This document shows positions 25,331 through 38,890 of a DNA stretch of 64,000 bases, piece by piece. Numbering within the stretch: the stretch's first letter is position 1; every line of letters begins with the position of its first letter. This DNA is from Somniosus microcephalus (Eukaryota). The notes beneath the pieces are model-generated. The model was given only the letters and a program-made list of their open reading frames with translations. It was not told the origin of the DNA and did no database searches. The DNA lies in contig CM126228.1 of the NCBI GenBank assembly GCA_052327205.1, positions 14,198,001-14,262,000 of the forward strand, given 5' to 3'. The position numbers and the translations under genes were made by a program.

Positions 25331-26129
25331 GATATTTAGTTAGTCCTTTTTAGAAAGGTATGCCAGGTTTTTTTTCTTATTGAATGAAGGGTTTGTGATA
25401 TTGATGTCTGTGGTAGTTACCAGGACAATGGCGCGTAGCTCTGCAAAAGCCACCTAATTATTTCGCCCCCATATGCATTATTATGGCGGGGGGGGGGGGG
25501 TGGGTGTACATTTAATAGTCTTTCGTAAAATTCGTATTTGCGACGGGCTGATGCAGGAAGAAATCGCGATTTCAAAAGTCAAAATCGGTCGGGATTGAGG
25601 TTTATGGAGAATATCCCTAACTCAAAAACTCAACCTCGACGCACAGAAGGTGGAGCGGAGCCCGAGTCTGGCAGACATTACAACAAGAGCCGAAAAGCAA
25701 GCGAGCAGCAATTAGCTACAGACCTGCATTCCACCCCCCCCCCCCCCCTTCTTACAAACACCGGCGCGGATTATTGGAGGGTTTTAGGCAGAACCGTTTA
25801 TATTTCCAGGCCAGTAAGCATTAGTACATGTATTCGGCGTTAGCATAAGAAAAGAAGAGGCCCTGTGAACTCCATTCACCTCCTGACCCTCTCCCCGGTG
25901 CTGAACAGCAGTACTTTCAGACTCCCAGCCTCTCCGACAGCCTTTGACTAGACCCAGGATTCCTAATCAGGGTAATTTAATATAGCTTAAGCCTCTGTTC
26001 GCTTTATTTTAAGCCCTTCTATGGTTTGTTTCGTGGCATTCACTCCTCTCATCCATCATTAGCGATCCTTAGTTGTTGAATGTAAAGGCCTGATATGAGA
26101 CTACAACTTCCTTTTCATGTACAGAGAGA

Positions 26130-26600
26130 GAACGGGCGAGCTGGGGTTCTATATAATGATTAAAACATTCCCAAGGACTCAGTCACTCGTGATAAAATGC
26201 CCAAGCACTAACAAGGCCAAGGCAGACATGAATTTAAACGGGAAAGCAGAACCCAGTTGATTTTATTCTGTGATTAGTAATCATGGCCATTGTGTAAATA
26301 ATCCATACCCCTCATCTCATGTGGATTAAGTGCTAATAGATTTTGAACAGGGGAGACTGTCTATTGCTGAGGAAGAGATACACGTCCAGTGCTATGCGTG
26401 GAGTCGTGGGACCATGCCCGAGTCTGGAACACAAAGACCCCTATTCATTGGTCGATGACAAGCGGAAAATCTTCATTGAATAAATGAATCAGAACTAATC
26501 AAATGAGATCACGTGGCCCAGCTTCCACTTTCACCTGCAATCAAGTCTTAACTGAACCGGTCTTATTAATAAATGTACGTCGGGCTAATATTCTCCCAAT
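26130..26600. promoter_or_regulatory. candidate enhancer with Otx/Pitx-type and Sox motifs
   Basis: CATTGT 26288-26293, TAATCC 26299-26304, GGATTA 26323-26328, CACGTG 26510-26515. Confidence 0.35.
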
Positions 26601-27025
26601 GGCCAAGTCAGAACTGGGTTGCAAGTAGAGGATGTCGAACACCCAGACAATGACTCTCCTGCAGTATTGTGTAGGGACACATTTATTGAGCATCAGAAAC
26701 TGATCCACCCACCCTCCCCTCCTCCAGCATCAACAAGTAGGTCACTCCGAACAAGATGGAAACTTTATTCAGAATCCAATCAATATTTTGCAAACCTCCT
26801 CTTATCAGTTTCAGGTGCTATGTTGCCGAGTCGGGTGAGTTGCAATAACATAGAACTGATTGGTCCCAAGTCCCGATACTTTGTGAACTTTTCTGAGCCT
26901 GATATCCCGCGGTACCAAAAGCGCTTGTAAAACGCTTTAACCGTCGCCTGAATTTACAGATTTGAAAAGTAACTGAAGAATGATCTAAAGTGCACCCCTC
27001 CCCGCACACACACGGCGCTGAGATA

Positions 27026-27228
27026 TGGTGTGGAGATGCCGGTGTTGGACTGGGGTGGACAAATGTAAGAAGTCATACAACACCAGGTTATAGTCCAACA
27101 GCTTTATTTGAAATCACAAGCTTTCGGAGCGCTGCTCCTTCGTCAGGTGAAGGAGCAGTGCTCCGAAAGCTTGTGATTTCAAAAAAAGCTGTTGGACTAT
27201 AACCTGGTGTTGTGTGACTTCTTACATT
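27026..27228 (-). mobile_element. Penelope-derived palindromic mini-element with 12-bp TSD
   Basis: Arms 27062-27141 and 27149-27228 (77/80 complementary); flanked by GGCGCTGAGATA (27014-27025) and GGTGCTGAGATA (27229-27240). Confidence 0.9.
27114..27150 (-). ncRNA. minimal type I hammerhead ribozyme
   Basis: Minus strand reads UCAC-CUGACGA-A-GGAGC-AGC-GCUCC-GAAA-GCU-U-GUGA: stem I UCAC/GUGA, intact CUGANGA and GAAA core, 5-bp stem II, palindromic AGCU stem III, predicted cleavage after CUU. Confidence 0.8.
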
Positions 27229-27767
27229 GGTGCTGAGATAGAAACAGATCAGTGATGGAGACGGCGAAACTATGTAGTTAGTGAGTGTGTTGTGGTGGCG
27301 AGAGGAATTGATCACACTTTTAGTTATTCACTTACTTCATGTATGTATAAGACTGTGCTTACGCAGAAAGCAATTCGAGACACTTCCAGTGTATCGTTAA
27401 GCCCCCCACAAGCACCAAACAGGCACACAATTGCTCTGCCTCCGGACCCCAGGCTTTCAGCAACGTTCCGGTTACACCTCATGTCGCTGCACTCGGTCGA
27501 ACCAAGCAGTTGGTCACTGGGGTCAAGAGGTGGAGGTATTTCTGATAGGCTTAAATATTTCATTACACCCCTGGGCAAATAACGTAACACAGTCAGGACT
27601 TGGTGCAAGTGACTCGGAGTAGTGCGGGAGATTAAAAATAAATCCACACTAGGCGGGTGTGAACACTTAACGCCTCACTGCTGTGATCTGACATTAGTCC
27701 CGTTCGTTTAGAATAATTTAGCACAGGCGACACACCTTATCACACTGCAATATCTATGGGATGTATT

Positions 27768-27860
27768 AGAAAGAACTTGTATTTCTATAGCGTCTTTCAC
27801 GACCTCAAGACGTCCCAAAGCCAATGAAGTACTATGGAAGCGTAGGAAAGGACGCAGCTC
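27768..27860 (-). mobile_element. DeuSINE 3' tail fragment
   Basis: AGAAAGAACTTGTATTTCTATAGCGTCTTTCACGACCTC...CGTCCCAAAGC matches 230-290. Confidence 0.7.
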
Positions 27861-30800
27861 ATGGTCAACACAGAAAAGAACAGTCTGCGAAGAACTTTTA
27901 AAAACAGGTTTAGGGACTAAAATTATCACTGGGGTTTTACTGCTTTATAATCTTTCAAATTTGCCATTTGAAAGCCAATAGGTCGGGGAATCATTAGCGA
28001 GAAAAATAACATTAGCTGATTAATTTAAGCTTTTAAGTCAACCAAGCTCCTTTAAAGGTTGGTGAAATGTTGATCAAATGCCATTTCACTGTACCTAACA
28101 CGTGGCAGGTATTTAGAGACATATGACTGCATCCATTTATGTAAGACTGGCTGGTACTGGCAAAGCCCTAAAAGTCGTTGAAGAGATCACTTCCCTCACC
28201 GAATGCTCCTTGTATGAAGTCCCTGGTCTCGGGACGGTTTTAAGAAACGGAAGCTTTACCCTGCATTCCTTTGCCGTCGTTGTCCTGCGCACTTTGCATG
28301 CACCGTTTCTCAGTTACAGTATGAAGGCAGCTCAGCCCACTGGCCAGAGCGCAGCGGTCACTTTGTTCTGCTATTTTTTTGTATCAGTAACTCCAATCGA
28401 CCCCGGTTTAGAGATTTTACAAAATATCGGAAATAGCAGAACGGTGAAGTGCACCGTTTTCGGGTCGGTTGTAGATGTGAGGCAGAGGGCAGAACATCCA
28501 CCATCTGTTAGAATGGACATTTTAATACTGACATTTTGTGATTCATTAAAATGGACCATTCTGTACTGAGAATGCACTAGTTGGTAGGTGGGGGGGGGGG
28601 GGTTACACAAACCACATTATTATACAAGAAAACCTAAATTCTGTCCGATAATGCACAGTTGCTAAATATATAGTTTTATTTTCCACGTGGGAAGAGAATT
28701 CTTAGAATATACAAAATAAAGTGGTAGATCCTTTATCATCTCTTAAAGCAAAGCTCAATGGCCCAGATGGCCTTTTGTTGCCTCGTTTTCTTATGTCAAT
28801 AGTTAATATATAATGAGTGTAGGACCGGAAACCAACGCCTGGTAATGGACTGTTTCACAAGTTAGTGGAAACTGAGGAAAAAATATATTTTTCGCCATCT
28901 TTATTGTAATAAATGTACACTTTAAATTGTTACATCGCTGGTGGGGATGGTACAAACTATATTAATGTTTGTAACCCTACGAGTCTATATTGGACTGTAT
29001 ATGAATCAATTTTACCGAAAGGAAATATGCCTCCGATTTTTTTTCTACATATCAATATGCTTTAGACATTTTATTTCAATGATGATTGTTTTCGCATTGT
29101 GTGGCATTTTAATCTACATTTCAAAAAATAATAGTAACATGTATGGCCATGGAACGTTATTGGGGAGTTTGACGGATGTAATCTGTAGACCATCGCGTGC
29201 AGTCACTTACAAGGGTCATATCAATTTATATCGATTTATAGCAAAATGGGATTTAATCCTATCGAACTCGCAGTTTTTACAGCAGATTAACATTTTAGCA
29301 CTTTCCCAGCACATCCTGGCGCGACAACTCTAATGGGTGGATGGTCAATTTCATTTAGTTCGCACCAATAATGTCAAAATATCACTGACATGTTTTTTAT
29401 TGAACTGGAACATCCAAGGCATGAGATGTACATCACCCCCTTACAGCCCAATAACACCCTGGTCAATGAAGGCCATTACAACCCAATGTAGACAACTGCA
29501 ATCATTGCATGCATTCCATTCCGATACAGGCCAATGCACATACAACACACCTCGCCAATGCAGACCGCTGCAGCCTATTACATGCATCGGTTAGAAATAC
29601 CGACTACAAACTGTATTTCTTTGATGTTCGGCTTTAATATGTCTACATTTTATTAATTTCACCAAAGTAAATATCTCCAACCTGAATATTCAAGTGACTA
29701 TAATTTTAAAATAAATCTCTTCCACCTTCACACCCGTTAAAACATTGTTAACTGCATTTAAGTGTGAATTCGTGTTGTGAGTAAATTTGTGTAAACTATG
29801 CAATCTTATTACATCTGCCTTATGCCAAACGATTTAATGCGAGTTCATGCATTTACTATATTAATTACAACGCTAAAAGATAAATCATTAGTTTATATTT
29901 AATTAGTTTAGTTTTCCCCTAAAACAAATCAAAGAACAAACTGAAAATAGTCCTGGTGACTGAATATAATTTTATAGCGAATATCACCATGCAATGGTAG
30001 AATTGGGACTGGAATTACAAGATTTATATATAGGAAGCTACTTTTTTAAAGAGTTTTAAGTTTGATGTGATTTACTGGAAATATTTCTTAACGTGGGACT
30101 TTTTTGTAATACTTTAAAGGTGATATATAAATGCAAATTGCTGATGATATTGTTGCTGGGCTGAATCAAAAAGGCGATTGTGTGAATCCTATATATGTAA
30201 TACTTAAAGGAAAATAAATCCAAACCAGTTTAATAGAAGAGATGAGACAGGCTAGCCAGCTCAATATATCTCTTATTCCACGTCTATTAAAGACTGATAA
30301 GTATTTCTGTATAATCACTTGAGGTCGACCTTGACTGAGCTTCCAGTGTAAAATACTGCTCCCCGCCTCTTCACACCTGATGTCAGCTCACCATTATAAA
30401 TCTGTTCCGTTTTGGAGGCAATGCTTCACGGTTTAAAACTTAAAATATTTCATATTCATTATCAGACCTGGAGGTGGTTGATACTAACACTGGATGCGTG
30501 TAATGGGAAAGTATTCCATTCTTAGGCATTGTATTCCCATCCCTCATCTGATAAGCACAATATTCACAAGAACATACTACAATTTTGTGCAGTTTTGGTT
30601 TGTTAAATCCAATGCATTTTCAATTATAGCTAGGTGCTCGTTTCTGACATCTCCTGGATTCCCTTGTACAGATTCACTTACAAGAATAGAGAATAATCTA
30701 GTTAGAGAAATAATAGAACATGTGGGATTTCCAATCCAACCTTTCAGTACACTGTTGTATTGGGACTCAATATCTTGTCTTACCAAAGGCTTTGTTATAT

Positions 30801-32474
30801 ATTTTCTGTCTACATTTGATTTTTTTAGTCTGCCTAGATCTATAACTTTGTGCATGTTGTTTTGATAAATTGAAAGGATGTGATAACCAAGCTATTTACT
30901 GGATGTAAAATCATATTAAAATATAAACTACACAACATTTCTGCTGCAACAATTATGGATTCCGAAGTGTAGTTATGATATGCAGGTTAAAGAATTTGAT
31001 AATTTGCCTTTTCCGATTTACTTGGAAATTCCTTAGTCTACGTTTTCATATTTCTATACAGTCTTACTTTAAATACATTGGATATCAATCACTATTATCA
31101 CCTCTATGTTTATTCTACAGCTAAACAGAACTATCGAAGTCATTCGAATTTTATTTAAATTGGTCTTATAATCATTTTTTTGTAGTCTTGATATATTTTT
31201 CACCTACTGTAGTTACACATTTATATTAATACTCCATTCTTTGAGGCTATTGTATTTTAACCAATTATGAGGCGGTGATTTTGAATTTACAGTGCGGCTA
31301 TCGGTTTGCACTGTTGTGGAATTCGCTGCTCGTTTTTAAAGGTGTAAATGCAGAACCGGATTAGGTGCGGTAAATATTCCACTAAAGAACGTCTCCCAGT
31401 GTCATTTAGCGAAACTGAAACGAACCTCAGCGTCACCCGACGCAAAATTAAAAACTTACTCCCAACTTCATCGTCCACTACAAGTAAAAATACCAAATAA
31501 AATTAAAATCAACTACTACCATAACACTTAATGAGCTGCAATCCTAAATCTTGTAGGTGCCTATAGTTACAATAGTGTCATATTTCTAAAATGATGATTA
31601 CAGTATAGTACTTGCACTATATTCATTAAGCACACCTACATACGCTCTGTTCAACAAAAAAAAGTTAAAGATCCTTACTATACTGTGTGACTTAAATCTT
31701 AATGCCATCTATACATTATTTGTTGATTAAGAATAAAGAGATAGAAATAGTAAATAGTTCTAAATAGTAAACAAGTCACAAAATCCAGATCTTTACAAAT
31801 TATCCAAAGTCACAATCAGTAGCATTGCAGAACAGGCCAAGGGACCGTTAGTATTAAGAGGGGACCCGTTTCAGAACATTGAGGGTTTTTACAGTCTATC
31901 TCCTGTTCCAGAAATTCGTTAACTTTGGAACAAAAGGCCAATTTGCAGTTGGGGGTGTTTTGGTTCCTTTAAAAATTACTTCCTCCTTGATCACTTGTGA
32001 GTTTTTCTGTTGTTGTAGGAAAGTCACATGCTCAAAGAACGATCCCTTTTAATCGCTCAGTCAAAACTCCACACACTGTTCAGGTACTAATATGCCATCT
32101 CTTGCTATGGGTGTCTGTAATTTACACTTAGTTTAAATGGGCGATATTACCCAAACATTGCGTGGATTATAATGAGTGTTACAGTTTAACACTAACAATG
32201 ATATAAATTTTATTGTGACAGCACACAGGGAATAATTACATGTCAAAGAGGTGACAGGTTACAGGGTGGTGAGGGCGGTGATGGTTGTGCTTTGAGAGGA
32301 GAGCATGTCACAAACTGCGATCACGTGGGAAGCTACACTCTACTCCTGTTACAGCCGTGCTTGCCAGCGGGTTGTTACCGAGAAGCCAGCTTTTGAGAGT
32401 GGCCACATTCTAGTCTTTGTCCCAACTCTGAAATTAAATGAAATAGCTCATAATCTGTAGACCCTTACTATTAA

Positions 32475-32932
32475 AAGAAAAACAAAGACTTACATTTTTA
32501 TAGCGCCTTTCATGACCACCGGATGTCCCAAAGCGCTTTACAGCCAATTTTGAAGTGTAGTCACTGTTGTAATGTAGGAAATGCAGCAGCCAATTTGCGC
32601 ACAGCAAGCTCCCACAAACTGCAATGTGATAATGACCAGATAATCTGTTTTGGTGATGTTTAGGGATTCATATTTTACCAGGACACTGGGGAGAACTCCC
32701 CAGCTCTTCAAAATAGTACCACGGCATCTTTTATGTCCATCTGAGAGGACAGACGGCCTCGGTTTAACTCTCACTCAAAAGACAGCACCTCCGACAGGGC
32801 AGCACTCCCTCAGTACTGCACTGGAGTGTCAGCCTAGATTTTTGTGCGCAAGTCTCTGGAGTGGGACTATGAACCCACACCCTTCTCGACTGGGAGGCAA
32901 GGGTTCCACCCAGTGAGCCACGGCTGACACTG
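32475..32932 (-). mobile_element. DeuSINE (SacSINE1-like), near full length
   Basis: Collinear with 228-685 from tail to GTGTCAGCCGTGGCTCACTGGGT head. Confidence 0.9.
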
Positions 32933-33917
32933 TGGGATGCGACTACAGTAATTGTTGCAATGCTTAATTGTAAAACTTTGACCTGCCATATTTTTTATTT
33001 AAATCGGAAGTTCCTTATATATTATTTTCCTAAAAATCCCAAATCCTTGATTTTTCTGCGGACTTATGAGTTTTTAAGATGTACAGTAAGGTTGAGTTAT
33101 GATTAAAATACATCCATAGATTAAAAAGCGGGAGAGGATCCCCACAGGGGCGTCAAAAGGTGTTTCTTTAAGTAGATATCATAGTTAAAAATGTTAAGTT
33201 ACACACTACGTTCATCCGCGTCTCAGCATACCTTATGTCTGGGGCCATTATTCGCGCGAAGCTTTAATATTTAAGTTGAACATCGCTCGCTGGTTGTCCA
33301 AAATTACTCTTAGATAGAAATACAGGTCATTGTGAAAGTTCCGTTAATCACTTAAAACAGCTTGTAATTGAAATTATTCTTTTTAAACGTTTCTAGTTTA
33401 CTATTATCGCCTGGCGTGGCGACCCCCCCATTGTTCGTTTATGGCGAAGGCATGTCTTCTAAAAATCACTGTTTAGATTCCAGTTTCTGTTTTGGGCAGA
33501 TATTTATAAGTCAACTTGTGGCCCTGCCGACCTTTCTTACAGTTCATCCATCCGCACATTCACACCTGTGAATTCCACCATTCCACGCATCAAACCACTG
33601 GTCACTCCGCCCGGTTAACGTACAGTTACACTGTGGTGATAAGATTGAACGGATTCTGAGTTTTTGGCATGTCAAAAATAACATTGGCCATGTTATTAGT
33701 GGACTTTCAGAAAATGGTCCAGAGTTCGCTGGAATATTCGCGTGATCTAAGGGCAATTAAATATTAATATCTTTAGGAGCGGTTTAAGGGGATGTTTAAA
33801 ATCTATTTACTGAGGAAGTTTGGAAACTCGGTTTTCAACTCATTCACTCGACAGTTTGATCTAGGGTAAGGGAACATTATCAACGTCTCTCCTTTTATTT
33901 CGGGACTGCTTTTACTT

Positions 33918-34084
33918 GCTTCGTTGAGTATATTCAAGACATGGATTGATAGATTTTTGGATATTAAGATAATCGAGGGATATGGGGAGTGGAGACAGAA
34001 GATCAGCCATGATCTTATTGAATGGCGGAGCAGGCTCGAAGGGCCAAATGGCCGACTCCTGCTCTTATTTCTTATGTTCTTATG
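33918..34084 (+). mobile_element. CR1/HER1 3' end
   Basis: TCGTTGAGTATATTCAAG...GATCAGCCATGATCTTATTGAATGGCGGAGCAGGCTCG...TTCTTATGTTCTTATG. Confidence 0.9.
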
Positions 34085-36196
34085 TTGCTGAAGGTCCCGC
34101 TTGTTAATTCTCCCAAGTGCACAGTGTCAGAATTTTAAAATCTGACTCAGACCAACCAAGAAATTGATTGGCGGGGAAAGGGGAATGTAACAGTAAATAT
34201 CACAGTAAGATTAATTTAGACCATTCACAACTATCATTTACATTTTACTTTACTGATTCTTTTCTTTGGGTTTTGTAGAATATATATCACAAGAACTTGG
34301 TGCTCAAAATTAACTTTTATATAACTTTTGCTTCCAAACTAGTGTTTCTGGAACTTCTAGAAATGTGAGGCCTATGTATAGGGACAAAAGAGCAGTCTGA
34401 TCTATTTGTATACCTTGGTATTTGCTGATTTTACTGTCTCATGTTAAATAGGTTTATGGCAGAACTCTTACCTTGAAGTTTAATTTAAGCTCCGATACAA
34501 AATCGTTCTATTCCAAAAAATAAAAACTAGCGCCTGTTCAATGATGCAACCCATCTTAAAGGTGCAACAGGGTATCTGAAGCTGGGATTGTATTGATTAG
34601 ATGCAATGGTGATGGATTTTGACAAATAGACTATTAGTAAATGAGGCTGTGTTATCGGTATATATTCCGTCTGATTATAGGATGCCCTTGGTGCAAACAA
34701 TGGATGGAAAACGACACTAAACGGGATTGTCCTTTGATAAGTAAACGAGAGATTGGTGAACTGGTGGCTTCAGCCCATCTTCCTGGTATCTGTAACGTGG
34801 TGCTTGTTATCTCCATTAGATAATATCTCCCAAACGTGATTTATTAAAATTAATGCGCATAAATTCACGCTATTAACAGGTAACTGCATAGACTGGGCCT
34901 ATGGCGGTCTTCTGATTTCACAACACTGAATGGGAACTGCACGGTTGCGGTGCTTTGCTACGGAATTTATATTGAACGCGACACTAATATATTAAAGGGT
35001 ACAGGGACAGAGCAAAGGGAATGGAATTCGATTGGACAGCTCCAATATGGAGCTAGTATCAGCACAAGCAGCATATTCAGAACAGCCGCCTTCTGCATTG
35101 AAATAGAATAGAAGATTGAGCACATTTGCAGCAGGCACATCAGCGTCTGAGAGAGAGTCGCCTTTGAGATGGGACCTTACTCAGAATTGTTTGCATTTCA
35201 GATGAAAGATCTACATCCCAGACGTGAACCTGATGTTTCCCCCTCTCGGATGCCGATCGGCCTGTTGTGCATTCGCTGGTTTTCTTTTTATATCGGACTG
35301 GAATCCACAATGGTCTCAATTAGAAAACTTTCTTTTCTTGAAGGGATTTATTCAGAACACCGTGTATACAATGCATTTGTCTTCAAAAATGAAATCATTC
35401 ACCTTTAGATTGATGGTGAAGTTACCTAGCAGGCTTGTATGTGATAAGTACACTGAGGTCCATCTACAGGTTCAGTTCCATCTGGGCCGCACCTTGTTCA
35501 TACTACCAGACGCCCAATCACATTCCCAGCCAGATGAAAGCTCTCCTCTTGCGTGCTGAATTTTGGAAGGTGACCTCCGCTCCGCCCATTAAGTTTTTAA
35601 TGTTCCTAAGAAAACGGTTTCCTGTAAATTGTTCGGGATAGCGGCGAAGGCGTTGTATTTTCTAGGGTCTTTCAAGAAAGGTAGCAAGATAATAAAATCT
35701 TACCAGGTCAATATAAATACATTTTCCAGGGATACTCGCTTTGATCTGAACAATTCCCTACATCGGCTCTACCAAAACGACCGGGTTTCATACTGCTCGC
35801 GCGAATGGCATTGGATGTTCTAGTCAGGATAGTGGACTGAGATGATCCAATATTGAGGATATTGAGGTTTGTGCTGCTGGAGCAGGGGTAGAAACAAATC
35901 TTGGTCTGTAGAGGACAGGGGACCCGGGGTTAATAGCGAAGATTAATATTTAGGTGTTTGGTTTTATGATCTTTGGGAATCATTGAGCATTCATGCAGAA
36001 TTTTCCATCAGGGAAGTGGGGTTTATGGCCTGAATGGCCTTTTGCTCTCCTAGGCTTTCTGGTGTTCTTAGTGTTGTTTCTATTTTACAGAAACTTGGAC
36101 CTGAAATAATGGATTAATGGTAGAGAATGCCGTGCACACTTCACCCTGTACAGCCGTTATATTTTTAGATTCATTTATGTGCACAGCAAGTCAGGC

Positions 36197-37040
36197 AACA
36201 ACAACTTGTATTTATATTGAACTTTCCTTGTCGAAAAACGTCTCTAAGCGCTTCACAGAGATGCAATCAGACAAAAATAACCACCATGCCAAAGAAAGAT
36301 ATATTAGGGGAGGTGACCAAAAGCTTGGTGTAAGAGGTGGGTTTTAAGGAAGGTCTTAAAGGAAGGGGAGGTAGGTGGAGAGGCTGGTGGGTTTAGGGAG
36401 GAAATCCAGAGCATGGAGCCTAAACTTAATAAAAACAAAATTCTGATTGGGGTTGTCGGGCTGGAGCAGGTTACAGGGATAGGGAGGCGTGAGGCCATGA
36501 TGGATTTAAACACCAGAATAAGAATTTTAATTTGGAGGCAATGGAGGACTGGGAGCCAACGTGGGTCAGCAAGGAGTGATGGTGAGTGGGACTTAGTGTG
36601 GGATAGGATATGGGCAGCAACATTTTGGATTAACGGAAGTTTACGGAGGGTGAAGGATGGGAGGCTGGCCTTGAAAGCATTAGAATAGTTGAAGCTGGAG
36701 GTGACAAATGATGGATGAGAGTTTCAGCAGCAGATAGGCTGAAGCAGGTGCAGAGGCGAGCAATGTTATGGAGGTGAAAGTAGGCGATCTTTGTGCTGGA
36801 GAGATTATGGGGTTGAAAGCTCAGATTGGGGTCAAATAGGATGCAAACCATCTGGTTAAACCTGAGAAAGTAGCCAAACAGGGGAATAGAATCAGTGATA
36901 AAGGTATAGAGTTTAGCGTGGGGTGCAAAGGCAATGTTTAACTGAAGGAAATTGCAGCTCATCCAAGGCTTGATATCAGAGAAGCAATCTGGCAGCACAG
37001 AGGCCATGGGGGGATTGAGAGAGACCAACTGTCAGCATAT
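36197..37040 (-). mobile_element. L2 LINE 3' portion
   Basis: Tail CAACAACAACTTGTATTTATA; ORF 36630-37028 gives DCFSDIKPWMSCNFLQLN and TKIAYFHLHNIARL typical of L2 ORF2. Confidence 0.88.
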
Positions 37041-37683
37041 GCATTGCTAAGATTTGGTATAGCACAGGCAGCATCGAGCTCCTATGAATCTTCCTCCAAT
37101 GATTTACCCTAAAGTCCAGCATAAAAAGAGGGTTTGAATCAGTGTGGCATTTAAATTTCCCACATCGGCCTTCGTTTATGCCTTATTGGAGCAAGATGGC
37201 CAAATTATGGACAGTTCTATAGTTACACTGTACCAAGCCTAGCCTTTGTGGTCATCAGAGAGAAAAGTCTTTCAGCCCATCACTCTGGGACGGAATCAAA
37301 TCCAACACCAGAAGTGAAATAACAAAGTGCAATTGGAGGGAAGGAGCTGAGGAAAAGCTCTGTTATAAAAACTGCTTAAGTTTTACTCCTAAATTTATAC
37401 TATCACCTGAACCCTCAATTACATTCCAGTATGTGATTCACTTCAAGTTGTTAATTATTCTCTGTGTGAACCATTCAAAACATTTAATGAAGTTACTCCC
37501 AATTTTTCCCTTGTCCCAACCAAGCTCCAGATACTCCATCCTGTATTTTCATTGTGTTGATATTGAGGTTATTGCAATATCTCCTAGTCAAACTTATTCT
37601 TTCTCAGGACCTTAACACTCCTTACCTCCTTCAGTTTTCCTAAATTCTAAGTATCTGCAGGCTTTTAAAACCCAGTCTTTTTG

Positions 37684-37990
37684 TCACTCAGTCAGTGTTT
37701 TTGACTTAGAAGGTTGTGATGTTAAGCCAAGGTCCCAACTATCTGTTCTGTTGGATGTCAAAGATCCCAAGGCATTGTTTGGAGAGTAGGGAGCACTCCA
37801 GGTGTCCTGCTCAATTCTTCCCTCAAACAACATCAGAAACAGATGAACTGGTAATTCATCTAGCTGCTGTTTGTGGCTTCTTGCTGTGCACAACAATGGC
37901 TGCTTATTTTCCTATGTAACTGTAACTGCACTTCAATACAATTCAAGAGATTTGAAATATAAGAACATTATATAAATAGAAGTATGTTTT
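37684..37990 (+). mobile_element. degenerate DeuSINE
   Basis: AAGATCCCAAGGCATTGTTTG...GCTGTTTGTGG..TCTTGCTGTGCACAA Deu core, TATATAAAT tail. Confidence 0.65.
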
Positions 37991-38221
37991 CCTGATTTAC
38001 GTCTTCTCTTCTACATTTCCACTCTTCAGCCTGCACTATGAATTTTCATCTCAGTGTCTCAGTAAAAAGAAAGACACAGCAGGTCTTCACTGCACTCATT
38101 CATTCACTTCTGATACAGTTTCATTAGTTTCCCTGCTGTATGTGGGCAGGTGAGTAATTCCATGAAATACATGATTCTTGTAGCTATGATAATACTGCTT
38201 ATAAGTGGGCAGACATCAATT

Positions 38222-38890
38222 CCCCTGATGGCTTAGCAGGTTAAGGAAGCACATGGTGTAATATTGAACTATGCAGACCACAGATATAAGATTTTATCCC
38301 CACTCTACTCTGAGTCAGCTGCTCTCAGCCTGAGCAGCATGTGGGGTACAATTGACCTCCTACCTGGGCTAAAGAGGGATGCCATTTCTAATCACTATCA
38401 AATGACACCTGCTGGAAAGTACATGTGTGGAGGGGCTTCAGCTCAGGACAGGACTGGCTGTGCTGACCCCCAACAGGAAACTGCCTACCAACACACACTT
38501 GTCTAGGCTCACATGATGAATGGACACTTGGTGAGATAGAGTCATAGAGTCATAGAGTTATACAGCACAGAAAGAGGCCCTTCGGCCCATCATGTCTGTG
38601 CCGGCCATCAAGCCCTATCTAGCCTACTCCCATTTTCCAGCACTTGGTCCGTAGCCTTGAATGCTATGGCATTTCAAGTGCTCATCTAAATGCTTCTTGA
38701 ATGTTGTGAGGGTTCCTGCCTCTACCACCCTTTCAGGCAGTGAGTTCTAGATTCCAACCACGCTCTGGTTGAAAAAGTTTTTCCTCAAATCCCCTCTAAA
38801 CCTCCTGCCCCTTACCTTGAAACTATGCTCCCTGGTTATATCAGAGGTCTTCCAGCATCCATGGAACTATACTCCACAAGTTAGCATCTT
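38222..38890 (+). mobile_element. SINE 'family B' interrupted by a CR1 3' end
   Basis: CTGATGGCTTAGCAGGT head, CCTGCTGGAAAGTACATGTG...GGACAGGACTGGCTGTG body; resumes after the CR1 at ATCAGAGG. Confidence 0.6.
38536..38838 (-). mobile_element. CR1 LINE 3' end
   Basis: (CATAGAGT)n tail, AGGCCCTTCGGCCCATC, GGCAGTGAGTTCTAGATTCCAACCACGCTCTGG. Confidence 0.9.

Noticed and set aside
26990-27315. Two ORFs sharing the peptide TNVRSHTTPGYSPTA
   Set aside because: Artefact of the palindrome being read on both strands.
28123-29333. 148-aa and 130-aa ORFs
   Set aside because: No recognisable homology or coding-like composition.
30200-30900. Possible very old CR1 RT relic on the minus strand
   Set aside because: Only vague motif echoes (SQ.., G.PGDV, NALD); too weak to call without an alignment.
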